64,000 bases of DNA, from assembly GCA_000004695.1 (NCBI GenBank), contig CM000150.2:2336001-2400000 (forward strand), read 5' to 3'. The stretch's first letter is position 1; each line of letters opens with the position of its first letter. The notes under the pieces are model-generated. The model saw only the letters and a list, made by a program, of their open reading frames with translations. It searched no databases and had not been told where the DNA came from. Positions 33,023 to 59,861 of the stretch are shown in pieces. The stretch comes from Dictyostelium discoideum. Its lineage: Eukaryota. Both the position numbers and the translations under genes were made by a program.

Positions 33023-33640
33023 TAAACTAACCTCTTTTAGAGACCCTGTAAAAAACTACAAATAAAATGAGATCTAGCATCTCAAGGAGAAGAAAGTAAT
33101 AATTGCGTTATCCAATTCAAAAAAAGTAGTTGTAAACAGGAGAAGCAACTAATAATTGCGTTATCCAATTCAAAAAAAAAAAAAGTAGTTGTAAATGTAC
33201 AAGAAAAGTTAGGTTTACTGATATGTATAAACAATGTTGATTATATAGTTGTAATGGTTGAAGTGAAAAATCTCATGCTAAATGATAGTCCCTCCAGAAG
33301 TAATAGTGGTAGAAGTGGTAGTAGTAGAACAAGAAAGTAAAGTTTGGTTTACTGATATGTATAAACAATGTCGATTATATATATAGTTGTAATGGTTAAA
33401 GTGAAAATCTCACGTTTATGATAGCCCATCCTGAAATAGCAGTAGAAATAGGAGTAAAAGATAGTTAAGAAGTGATAGTAATAGTAAATTGAAGTTCCAG
33501 TCATTAGATTCAGTGTTACAAATCCATGCAAGAATATAGGTAATAGAGTTGTTCAAGTCGAAGTGACAGTTTTGTTATTTAACAATTTCAAGAAATTTTC
33601 AAGGTCTACATCTTTGGAAATCAAAAAAAAAAAAAAATCA
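33023..33640 (+). mobile_element. Composite TRE5-A 3'-region (C-module-like) sequence with internal tandem duplications, ending in a long poly(A)
   Basis: Begins gtaaactaacctcttttagagaccctgtaaaa..aataaaatgagatctagcatctcaaggagaag..taataattgcgttatccaattc, the same block that follows ORF1 fragments at 56798, 57479 and 62020 (the last inverted). Contains 2 copies of ggagaagcaactaataattgcgttatccaattcaaaaaaa-gtagttgtaaa and 2 copies of a 130-bp unit (33217..33345 and 33346..33470). Poly(A) at 33625..33680. Confidence 0.4.
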
Positions 33641-33680
33641 AAATCAAATCAAATCAAAAAAAAAAAAAAAAAAAAAAAAA

Positions 33681-34069
33681 ATATATTATTGTTTTTTTCT
33701 AAGAAAGAGAGTGGTCTTGTGATTGATGGAGGTGTAATGATATCTAATTGATTATCAAGTCCTTTGTTTAGTGAGAGTTGGTTTGTTGGGGTTTGTTTTT
33801 TAGGTGTGTAGATTTTTGCGCTTTTGTTTTTTGTTGTTGAGGTTGTGGAGGTATTATTTGTATTGGTTGTGTTGTTATCTGTATGATTTAACTGTAATTC
33901 AGTTGAGTGATCATCAGCCATTGTTGAAAAGTATATAGGACGATAGCCCTTGCTTTAATGAGCAAAAATAGGGTAAAATTATGAGGAATGAATGTGGCGG
34001 TGAAGATATAACAGTGATTTATTTATTATATGTATAAATTCTCGTTTATTTCTTTGTTTTTTTCGGTTT
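33681..34069 (-). mobile_element. 5' fragment of a TRE3-type non-LTR retroelement (5' UTR plus the first 88 codons of ORF1), truncated by the poly(A)-terminated insertion to its left
   Basis: 5' UTR and ORF1 N-terminus (MADDHSTELQLNHTDNNTTNTNNTSTTSTTKNKSAKI..LEKNNN) are about 97% identical to the full copy at 62490..64000. The 5' end abuts the ex-B box of tRNA-Gln(-), as in the Lys copy. ORF 33649..33921 runs into the A/T tract. Confidence 0.6.
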
Positions 34070-34082
34070 CGTTTATCAATTA

Positions 34083-34093
34083 GGAATCGAACC
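34083..34093 (-). promoter_or_regulatory. External B box (ggttcgattcc) about 35 bp downstream of tRNA-Gln(-)
   Basis: Reverse complement of ggaatcgaacc. The same 11-mer occurs 40 bp downstream of the (+) Gln copy at 35120..35130. A 12-mer variant ggttcgattccc lies at 54321..54332 downstream of tRNA-Asn. ggttcaaatccc lies at 62466..62477 downstream of tRNA-Lys. Confidence 0.7.
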
Positions 34094-34124
34094 AACAACC
34101 TATTTTTAGTTTTTTAAAAAAAAA

Positions 34125-34197
34125 TGGTTCTACTGAGACTCGAACTCAGATTACAGGATTCAAAGTCCTGGGTGCTAACCAATTACACTATAAAACC
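34125..34197 (-). tRNA. tRNA-Gln (anticodon UUG)
   Basis: Reverse complement of GGTTTTATAGTGTAATTGGTTAGCACCCAGGACTTTGAATCCTGTAATCTGAGTTCGAGTCTCAGTAGAACCA. Cloverleaf with anticodon loop CTTTGAA; 73 nt. Confidence 0.9.
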
Positions 34198-35007
34198 TTT
34201 TGATTTTTTATGTAATAAAGTTACTCTATAAAATTAATAGATATTAAATATGCATATTACATTACTAATTATAGTTGACACACATTTAAATAATATATAA
34301 TAATAATAATAATAATAATACTGTCAACTCATTATAAACAATATAAATACTAAAGAATAATTTTATTAACAATATTGAATATTATAAATATAAACTAATA
34401 TTAAATAAAGATAACAAAGTATTATTCAATTATATAATTATTAATTATATATATTTATAAAGCTAACAAGCTTTATTACATTTAATAATGAACGTCGTAT
34501 TCCAATTCCTATGTAAACTTTTGATAATTTGTATACCTTATATACTTGTGTGACCCTTGAACACACAGAAATAATTAATAATAAATAATAAATAATATTA
34601 TATATCTTATAATATTATATGTAATAAAGTTTTGTTTGTGCACAATTTTGAATAAAACAACAATGAATTAATTTTTATTTTATTTACTATTTTTACTAAA
34701 ATTAATTTTACTAAAGAAACCGTTGGTAAAATTTCTGAGAATAAAGTAAGAATCTTGTATTTTTTAACATCTTTTCAGTTTCAGATCTATTTCTATATTT
34801 GTATTTTACTAGGGATAAAAACTTTATAAAAAAATTTATGTCGCTTAATTATTCGCGATTATTACATTCTTAATTAAAACGTCGTATGTCAGTCTCCTCC
34901 CCATATTCGATTATAGTATTTTTATCCCTCATTTCGGGAGTTTTGAGTTTGTGTTGCTTAATATTCGTGGGATTATTTAATATGATAACTGCTATTTTAA
35001 AAAAAAA

Positions 35008-35080
35008 AAAATATCAAGGTTTTATAGTGTAATTGGTTAGCACCCAGGACTTTGAATCCTGTAATCTGAGTTCGAGTCTC
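35008..35080 (+). tRNA. tRNA-Gln (anticodon UUG), identical inverted copy of 34125..34197
   Basis: Same 73-nt sequence on the + strand; ex-B box ggttcgattcc at 35120..35130. Confidence 0.9.
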
Positions 35081-35551
35081 AGTAGAACCATTTTTCCCAC
35101 CCCTAAATAAAAGGTAGTAGGTTCGATTCCTATTTTGGTGAAATCTAATTGAGAAAGGAAATTGGAATATTCAAGAACATTATCAAACTTTAACCATACT
35201 CAATTAAAAACAACCTCACAAAAACTCAAAAAGAAACCCAAACCATCAAAAAATTTAAAAAAGAATGGAGCATAAACACTAATGAACCAATTCCAACAAT
35301 TACACCACCAATTAATTATTAATTACCTAATCTAAAATAACATACCATTTTAAATTCACAAAAACTAAAAACCTAAAATAAATAAATATAAATAACATAC
35401 TAATTGTATACTACAATAGTTTATTTATATCAAAAAAAAAAAAAAAAAATGAGAAAGGAAACAAAATATGGCAAAAAAAAAAAAAAAAAAAGAAAATTAT
35501 TATTTGAAAATTTATTTATTTTATTTTATTTTACTTATTTATTTTAATTTA

Positions 35552-49174
<13,623 letters not shown>

Positions 49175-49271
49175 TTTTATTTTATTTTTTATTTTATTTA
49201 TTTACTATGTTTGTTTTTTTTTTTTTTTTTTTATTTTTCCGATGCACTTTTTTTTTTTTTTTACTATGAGT

Positions 49272-49306
<35 letters not shown>

Positions 49307-49669
49307 TTGTTATATTTTTTATTATAACTAATTTTATTTTCTCTTTATTTTAAAAAAATATATTGTTTACTTTATTTGAATTTATTTAATGCACACAATA
49401 TATATTTTTCCATAAAAATTTTCATGGCAATTGAAGGATAAAAAAAAAAAGTAAAAATAAAAATAAAAATAAAAAAATTTGAAAATAAAAAAAAAACAAA
49501 ATGAAAGTGAAATAATTAAAAAAATTAAAAAAATAAAAAATAATAAAAATAAACGAGCATAATTGAAATTGAAAACGAAAACCTGTTTATTTTTATTTTT
49601 ATTTTTATTTTTATTTTTCCATCTTAATTATTTTTATTTTTTTTTATTTTTTATTTTTTTTAAAGATCC

Positions 49670-49915
49670 TCACACATAAGTTGTACATCCACTATCATCG
49701 CTACTATTATTAAGATGTTGTTGTTGTTGTTGGTGATGGTATTGATGAGAATGGTGATGAATAATATTACTACTATTCTCCAGTTCCTCACCTTCCTTCT
49801 TTAAATTATTAATTTGTTCTTTTAGTTTTTCAATCTCTTGAAGTAATTGTTCGTTCTTCTTTCTATTTTCAGAGATTGATTCTCCAATAAGTTTTGACGA
49901 TGGTGATGATAAAGT

Positions 49916-50005
<90 letters not shown>

Positions 50006-50578
50006 TTGTCTCTCTTCCTTCATTGATTCAATAGAATTATCATTAAATTCCTTCACAGTATGTTGATAATTTTGAGATTGATAGTTTTGAGATGATGATG
50101 TTGTTGTTGTTTTTAATTTTTTAATTATATTATGAGATTCAAAGAATAGGGTTGAAATGAAATTAGTTATAGGTTCACCACCAAATTTAAAAATACGTAT
50201 AGTTATACTCTTTTTATTAGAGCTATCATTTGTATTGCTACTATTAAAATTGCTGCTACTGCTACTACTACTACTATTACTACTACTACTAAAATTATCA
50301 ATATCCAAAATCAACTCTTTATTTAATAATGATTCGTTGAATATACCATTTCTAACTGATTGGAATTGAAATAATTCTTTACAAATATTCATTTGAATTT
50401 CAACCAATCTCTTTGTAATTTCAATACCACTAGATTCAAATGAAACACCCATTGATTCTAATCTTTCTTTTAATTGAATCCTTTGATAAAAGAAATTAAA
50501 ACAAATTAATGATCTATATGAAAATAATTTTGATAAACATTCATTATATAATTTCATTTCATTTTCTAAATTATTATC

Positions 50579-50629
<51 letters not shown>

Positions 50630-50935
50630 ACTTCCACCACCACCAAAATGAATACTAGTTGAAATAACAGAGGACCATGGTGTAACATTAGAATTATTTG
50701 ATTGATTTGATGACAAAATAACATTCTTTTCAACATCTAATTGAACATTCTTTTTAATTTGCAAAATGTTATCTAAAAATTCATTATAACTTCTCTTATT
50801 ATTTACAATAGTTTCACGAATAGATAATACACTTCCACTATATTTTTGATAAACTCTTTTCATATGCATAACATTATCATAAAATAAATCTTTTTCAAAA
50901 TTATTATAATTAAAAATAAAATTTAAAATATCCAT
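49670..50935 (-). CDS. Paralog consisting of one copy of the same repeat module, a polySer tract, then a coiled-coil/His-Gln-rich tail (421 aa)
   Basis: DILNFIFNYNNFEKDLFYDNVMHMKRVYQKYSGSVLSIRETIVNNK is similar to module 4 of the giant protein (ILILKRLF..KKDYPKYSGSLLDIRETIVKGK). Also ...YRSLICFNFFYQRIQLKERLE and ...ITIRIFKFGGEPITNFISTLFFESHNIIKKLK. (GAT)n on the + strand codes polyS. Confidence 0.7.
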
Positions 50936-51059
50936 TATGACTTGATCACTTCTAAAATATTTAAAAATAAAATAATATAAAATAAATATTAATTTAGAAA
51001 TAATTAATATTAATTTGTTTTTTTTTTTTTTTCAAAAATATAATCAAAAAAATGGTTTC

Positions 51060-53254
<2,195 letters not shown>

Positions 53255-53896
53255 ATATGTATATATAAATACTAATTAAATTAATAATGAATATGAATAT
53301 ATGGGTAAATAAAGAAAAAAGATATGTCCAATAAAAAAAAAAAATTATTAAAAAAAAAAAAAATTATTAAAAAAAAAAAAAAAAAAAAAAAATTTACAAA
53401 AAAAAAAAAAAAAAAAAAAAGAAAAAGAAAAGAAAAAGGCAAAATATATGTGTATATTATATATTGACACAACTCTTAACTTTTTTTTTTAAAATATTGA
53501 AAAAAAAAAAAAATTTTAATTAAATTTGGTCCAATATTTTTTTTAATTTTTTTTTTTTAAAATATTTTTTTTTAATTTAATTTTGATTTTTATTTTTTTT
53601 TATTTTTTATTTTTTTTTTTCTTTTTGAACTCCTCTTTTAAATAGATTTTCAAATCATCACTTTCAATTTTTTATATATCTCGATATTTTGGGTGGTTTG
53701 TTAGTTTAGATTCCAATAAAACCAATTTCGATAATTTTTTTTTTTTTTTTTTAAAAAAAATTTATTTTTTATATTTTTATTTAAAATTCACCACCACAAC
53801 AACGAATACTCCAAAAACAATAATTTTTTGTACCCCTCAATAAATTGTTTTTTTTTTTATTTAGAAAATTACAATTATTAAACAAATAAAAAAAAA

Positions 53897-54193
53897 ATGA
53901 CACAAACAGTTTTTAAAGTTACAATGACAGAAATAATGGAAAGTAGTCAAATATTTTTCGCAATTTTAAAAGGTAAATTTCAAAGTGAATTTAAAGAAGA
54001 AGACTTTTCAACAAATCCAATGAAATATATTGGCGATGATTATACAATAGAAAATGAAGAAGAAGAATCAGTCCCTCAAGAGAAATATCAAGAGCTTGTT
54101 TCAAGCTCTGATTATATTTGGATAAAATGTACAAAATTTAACCCACAAAATAAAGATATTGAATTGGATGTAATTGGATTTAGAAGAAAATAA
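53897..54193 (+). CDS. Hypothetical small acidic protein (98 aa)
   Basis: ORF only; no recognisable motifs. Lies between the repeat-module gene cluster and tRNA-Asn. Confidence 0.3.
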   Translation: MTQTVFKVTMTEIMESSQIFFAILKGKFQSEFKEEDFSTNPMKYIGDDYTIENEEEESVPQEKYQELVSSSDYIWIKCTKFNPQNKDIELDVIGFRRK

Positions 54194-54364
54194 AAACAAA
54201 ATAAAAATAAATAAATAAAAATAAATTTTAAACAATAATATATCATAATAAAATTATTAAAATTTTAAATAAATTGATATCCAAGTTTAAGGACATAATA
54301 ATCTCATAGAAAAAATTTTCGGGAATCGAACCACCGCCCTGTGTTTTATTAGGGCAAAAACTAT

Positions 54365-54437
54365 CGCCTAGACATGGGATCGAACCATGGACCTAGCGGT
54401 TAACAGCCGCTCGCTCTGCCTACTGAGCCATCCAGGC
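54365..54437 (-). tRNA. tRNA-Asn (anticodon GUU)
   Basis: Reverse complement GCCTGGATGGCTCAGTAGGCAGAGCGAGCGGCTGTTAACCGCTAGGTCCATGGTTCGATCCCATGTCTAGGCG folds as a cloverleaf with anticodon loop CTGTTAA. 73 nt. Ex-B box ggttcgattccc about 32 bp downstream. Confidence 0.9.
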
Positions 54438-54477
54438 ATTTTTGATGAAAATTCGTTATTTTTGCTCCTATTGATTT

Positions 54478-54751
54478 TTAATAGAGATCGAAAAAAACAA
54501 ACAACAACAACAATCTCTTTTTTTGATTATTTCATTTTTCATATAAAAAAGACTTAAAAAACAAATAAATAAATAAATAAACTATTTTAAAAAGCCATCT
54601 TTTTACTTTATTGTAATTTATTATTTGTTTCGTTTTGAGAATTTTGCGTAGCAAAATTTTCAAAAAAAAAGCAAAAAATAATCAGATCGAAAAAAACAAA
54701 CAACAACAACAATCTCTTTTTTTGATTATTTCATTTTTCATATAAAAAAGA

Positions 54752-54803
<52 letters not shown>

Positions 54804-56509
54804 GGAACCAAGTTAATTAGAAAATTTCCAGATTTTTAACTTTTTAAAGAAAAATAAAAAAGATAGAAAGAAAATAAAATGAAAATCACAAACAACACCA
54901 CAAATATTAAGCAACACAAATGCCTACAAAAAATAAGCGAAATTGTGGATAAAACTCAATTAAAAAAAAAACAATTCAAATACGTCATAAACATCAATCA
55001 CGAACCAGACGATAAAATAAAAAAAGATTTAGAAAAAAGTTTGGACAAAAAAGATGTTTTAATCAAAAGTAATAATACATTCAAAATTCTCACAGACAGT
55101 ATTAGTACAGTAATCTATTTTGTAAATATGTTTGATGCAGAATTAAAAGGACAATTTATAACCACTATAAGACCAAAAAATATGTATACAGATTTTGATT
55201 GGTATAAATCACTCACAGAAATAGAATGGGTAATAGAAAATGAAGGATGTAAACTAATTAAATCAGAAATTAAAGGCGAAACTCTAATTATCAAAACAGT
55301 GAAAAGAGTCGTAGAAGAATTTGACACTATCATTGAACTAGACAATCTAACATTAATTGGACACTCCAACAAAGGATGGAGAGATCAAACCTCATTACCA
55401 GAAAATCAAGAAGAAAACAAAAATAAAAAACAATCAGATGAACAACAACCACAATCTACATCAGAACAAATACCAAAACAAGGAAAAAGAACAATCATTA
55501 TCCCACCAATCACATCCTCATCTAATGATAAAACATTTATGGCCCTAGATGATACAGCTCAAAAGGTAATAGAAGCATCACTAGAAAACGTAGATGAACT
55601 AACAAGAATAGAGAATGAGATCAATACACAATCGATAAACAATCAAGAAATTAAAACAAAATCAGAAAAACCTATCGAACCACCATCTCCATACAATACA
55701 CCAATAAAACAACACGGCGAAACAAAGGGACTAACAACGGAAGAAAAACTTAGAGAGGCAAATGATATCTTCGACTTCACCAGCCCAAACACTGATGCAA
55801 TAAGAAAAATAGAATTCCCACTTTCAATCCCTTCAAATCAATGGTTCTTCTCCTCTCCAATAAAACATATCATGAGTTTCAGCCCAACCTATGGTACACC
55901 ATCGAAAATTATCGATTCACCAAGTAAATTGTTAAACACACCAAAAAAGAAACAACAAGACAAAACAAACAAGACCAACAAAACACCAGTCAAACCAAAA
56001 TTGGGTGAATATGGACAAAAAAGCATAAAAACAAAAATGGATGAAGATATAGACAACTTCAACAAGGAAATTCTAAAACAAATCAATAAATCAAAAAACC
56101 CCACAAACACACAAGACCAACAACACAACGAACAAAGTAAAGATCAGTTAGAAGACAAAATAAACCAGAAACTTCAAAAGGTAGATAAAAATCTACCCCA
56201 AATAAAACTATAAAGAAAAACACAATAAGAATAGGTGTTTGGAACGTCCAAGGATCCAACACCATCCAATCTGCCAGCATAATAAACACCGTTTTAGACA
56301 ACAACAAGCTGGACGCAGCACTTCTAACTGAAACAAATATAAAAACAAATAAAATTTACTCAATAAATCAACAATATAAAAACAAAATAACACACCACGC
56401 ACCAATTGATAAAACAGGACAAGGGGTGTCACAAATCATCATCAACACCCGTAATAGAACTTCCTAAACATCTCAAAAAATACAATAATTCACTCAGTAC
56501 TTTCTATAA

Positions 56510-56560
<51 letters not shown>
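54478..56560 (+). mobile_element. TRE5-A (DRE) non-LTR retrotransposon, about 2.1-kb deletion form: duplicated 5' A-module, complete ORF1, only the first 80 codons of ORF2, then C-module 3' end and poly(A); head-to-head about 45 bp upstream of tRNA-Asn
   Basis: Two near-identical about 75-bp 5' repeats (54478..54560 and 54685..54760). ORF1 54879..56213 (444 aa, MKITNNTTNIKQHKCLQK...). ORF2 start RIGVWNVQGSNTIQSASIINTVLDNNKLDAALLTETN (AP-endonuclease-like N-terminus) abruptly joined to the 3' end ..aatagaacttcctaaacatctcaaaaaatacaataattcactcagtactttctataaat plus A50. The insertion distance and orientation relative to the tRNA are as described for TRE5-A. Confidence 0.7.
54879..56213 (+). CDS. 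TRE5-A ORF1 protein (444 aa), intact
   Basis: Full ORF. The same 5' sequence recurs at 56609 and 57239; internal fragments recur at 32931 and 62180..62283. Confidence 0.65.
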   Translation: MKITNNTTNIKQHKCLQKISEIVDKTQLKKKQFKYVININHEPDDKIKKDLEKSLDKKDVLIKSNNTFKILTDSISTVIYFVNMFDAELKGQFITTIRPKNMYTDFDWYKSLTEIEWVIENEGCKLIKSEIKGETLIIKTVKRVVEEFDTIIELDNLTLIGHSNKGWRDQTSLPENQEENKNKKQSDEQQPQSTSEQIPKQGKRTIIIPPITSSSNDKTFMALDDTAQKVIEASLENVDELTRIENEINTQSINNQEIKTKSEKPIEPPSPYNTPIKQHGETKGLTTEEKLREANDIFDFTSPNTDAIRKIEFPLSIPSNQWFFSSPIKHIMSFSPTYGTPSKIIDSPSKLLNTPKKKQQDKTNKTNKTPVKPKLGEYGQKSIKTKMDEDIDNFNKEILKQINKSKNPTNTQDQQHNEQSKDQLEDKINQKLQKVDKNLPQIKL

Positions 56561-56567
<7 letters not shown>

Positions 56568-57095
56568 CAAGTTAATCAGAAAAATAAAAAAGATAGAAAG
56601 AAAATAAAATGAAAATCACAAACAACACCACAAATATTAAGCAACACAAATGCCTACAAAAAATAAGCGAAATTGTGGATAAAACTCAATTAAAAAAAAA
56701 ACAATTCAAATACGTCATAAACATCAATCACGAACCAGACGATAAAATAAAAAAAGATTTAGAAAAAAGTTTGGACAAAAAAGATGTTTTAATCAAAAAG
56801 ACCCTGTAAAAAAAAAAAAAAAATAAAATGAGATCTAGCATCTCAAGGAGAAGCAAATAATAATTGCGTTATCCAATTCAAAAAAAAAATTATTTATTTA
56901 TTTTTTAACACAAGCGGTTATAAACAAAACATTAAGAATCAAATCAAAGCAACGGCCAGAAGAACAAAATAAATTAGACTCACTAATCTCGCTAAAGCTA
57001 TTACAATTTAGCAGACAATGGAACTCACCTCTTCACTCAATAGAACTTCCTAAACATCTCAAAAAATACAATAATTCACTCAGTACTTTCTATAA

Positions 57096-57157
<62 letters not shown>
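56561..57157 (+). mobile_element. TRE5-A internal-deletion derivative: 5' UTR tail, first 63 codons of ORF1 joined directly to an about 300-bp C-module, then poly(A)
   Basis: ORF 56609..56809 is identical to the ORF1 N-terminus, then ..accctgtaaaaa..aataaaatgagatctagcatctcaaggagaagcaaataataattgcgttatccaattc..., ending with the same ..ctttctataaat plus A50 as copy 1. Confidence 0.6.
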
Positions 57158-57162
<5 letters not shown>

Positions 57163-57600
57163 GGAACCCAAGTTAATCAGAAAATTTCCAGATTTTAACT
57201 TTTTAAAGAAAAATATAAAAAAATAGAAAGAAAATAAAATGAAAATCACAAACAACACCACAAATATTAAGCAACACAAATGCCTACAAAAAATAAGCGA
57301 AATTGTGGATAAAACTCAATTAAAAAAAAAACAATTCAAATACGTCATAAACATCAATCACGAACCAGACGATAAAATAAAAAAAGATTTAGAAAAAAGT
57401 TTGGACAAAAAAGATGTTTTAATCAAAAGTAATAATACAATTCAAAATTCGAAAAAAAAAAAAAAAAAAAAAAAAAAAGGTAAACCAACCCCTCTTTTAG
57501 AGACCCTGTAAAAAAAAAAAAAATAAAATAAAATGAGATCTAGCATCTCAAGGAGAAGCAAATAATAATTGCGTTATCCAATTCAAAAAAAAAAAATTAT
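57158..57600 (+). mobile_element. Third TRE5-A deletion derivative: 5' UTR, ORF1 codons 1..68, A27, then a C-module 5' part
   Basis: ORF 57239..57511. The same ORF1-A(n)-gtaaaccaacccctcttttagagaccctg.. junction is seen at 32999/33023 and, inverted, at 62140. Confidence 0.55.
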
Positions 57601-57898
57601 TTATTTTTTTTTTTTTATTTTTTTTTCTTTGGAAAATTGTTTTTTATTTTCATTAACTGGCTTCACTTGGTTATCATGAAAAAATACTGACTTTTTGAAT
57701 TGGATAGTTTCTATCCTCAAGGATACAAGTCCAACTTGTTCTCATTTTTTAAAAGAAACTCTAAAATACATATCCCACTTAAAATAATACAAAAAAAAAA
57801 ATTCCATATTGTTATATTTTATTTTTACATTTTAAAAATTTTATTTTTTAAATAATTTATTATGATACAAATTTAGAAAAGAAAAAAAAAAAAAACAA

Positions 57899-58496
57899 TT
57901 ACCACCAATATAACGGATAAGATCGTTTTCTAGCAAAATTATTTACAACCAATGCAGTTAATAACATTATAAGTGCACCTGATAAAATTGGTACAAATAT
58001 AAAGTAAAAGCCTCTCCAACGTTGTTCAACACCCATAACGCAGATTAAAGCAGTGGCTCCACCTGGTGGATGTAAAGAATTTGTAAATTGCATTAACATA
58101 ATCGATAAACTTACAGCCAAAGCACATGCAACTTCAAAATTGGCATTGGTATATACTAAAGCAACTCTAATAACCGAACCAACTACTGCAGATAGGAAAT
58201 GACCCATAATTAAATTTCTTGGTTGAGCTAATGGGGATTTTGGTACACCAAATATAATCACAGCAGAAGCAGCAAAAGAACCAATCAAAACTTGCATTTG
58301 AGCATCAAGTGCTTCACGATAATGAATTAAAGCTAAAACTAGAATACCAGTAAATGAAGCCAACCAAGTCCACCCTATCTCTTCTAAATCTGGTATTGGT
58401 GGTCTTTTATCTTTACCAGTTCCTAACCATTTTTTAAAATATTGAATTATATACATTTTTATACAAAATAAAGTTTTTTTAAATTTTCTGTCTTCA

Positions 58497-58565
<69 letters not shown>

Positions 58566-58756
58566 TCACCATTTTCAAAACTTTCAATTTTCTTTTCACC
58601 TCTACGCACATCATCTTCTGAAATATCAATTTTTTCTAAATTTCTATTTATTGATTGGTCTATTGAAATTTCAAGGTTTGTTGATTGTGACATATCAATA
58701 CTTGATGATGATGAAATATCACTACCAATATTTCTTTCCAAATTTCTATCTTCCAT
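57899..58756 (-). CDS. HPP-family integral membrane protein (285 aa) with polyN insertion
   Basis: C-terminal half has 4-5 TM helices and the family signature ...SLHPPGGATALI... (HPP motif). N-terminal about 100 aa are hydrophilic with N24. Confidence 0.7.
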
Positions 58757-58989
58757 TTTTTTTTTTTTTTTCTTTTTTATTTATGAAAATTTATTTATAT
58801 ACCTTCAATAATTTTAGTCAAAGAAGATTGATTAATAATTTTTTTTTTTTTTTTTTCTATTTTTTTTTTCTGTTTTTTTTTTTTTTTTTTTTTTAAATAG
58901 GATTTATAAATAAATTTAATAATAGCCTCATTTTTTAAATAAAATTAATTAACAATAAAACACTACAAGGTATTAAAGTATTAAAGTTC

Positions 58990-59028
<39 letters not shown>

Positions 59029-59560
59029 AACATAGGAAAAAATGGATTTTAAAAAAAAAAAATTTTACAATAACCATGTTTGTAAAATAATTATTATAAT
59101 AAAAACAAAAAAAATAAAATTAAAAATAAGCTTATCATTAATTGAAATTTACCTTGGCGATCAAAAAATAATTATAACACCACAACACACCATAAAAAAA
59201 AAAATAAAAAAATAAAAAAAAACAAAAACAAAAAAAAAAAAACAAAAACAAAAAAAAAAAAATAAGAAAAATGGATTGAGAGGTGCGTAAAAGATATTCG
59301 ATATGTTGGGGTGCAGTGTTGTGGAAAATTTATTTTATAAAATTTTGAGAGTTTTTGACCAGGGTCTTTATAATAAAAGTTTTTTTTAATTTTTTTATTA
59401 AAAAAAAATTTTATGGTGAATGGTAGTGCATTTCGAAAAAAAAAAAAATTAAAAAAAAAATAAAAAAAAAAATAAAAAATCAAATTATTTCGATTTCTTT
59501 GCACACACCCATTGTGAAAGAAAATAATAGAGGTTAAAAAACGTAATTAATTAACAACCG

Positions 59561-59592
<32 letters not shown>

Positions 59593-59861
59593 AAAACAGA
59601 AATTTTATAAACATAAAATAGTTATGATATTTTTATTCATCATATTATTTAATTATTTTCATCAAATTTTTTAATCTTTCAACACACCATCTTGATATTA
59701 AATAAAAATGATATCTTGGTGCTTGTTAACAAAAAATATCTTTTTTTTTTTTTAATTTTTAATTTTTTTTGTTTTTATTTTTTTTATTTTTTATTTTTTT
59801 TTTTTTATTTTTTTATTTTTTTAATTTTTTATTTTATTTTTTTTTTCTATAAATAAAAAAA

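Noticed and set aside
49175-49669. Possibility that 49670..50935 is an upstream exon of the giant gene rather than a separate gene
   Set aside because: It ends in an in-frame TAA followed by about 500 bp of AT-rich sequence with several stops in all frames and no phase-compatible splice pair. Kept as a separate paralogous gene, though only transcript data can settle it.
59172-59504. ORF 59172..59504 (-) and 58651..58896 (+)
   Set aside because: Poly-F/K peptides from A/T homopolymer-rich intergenic sequence; no motif support.
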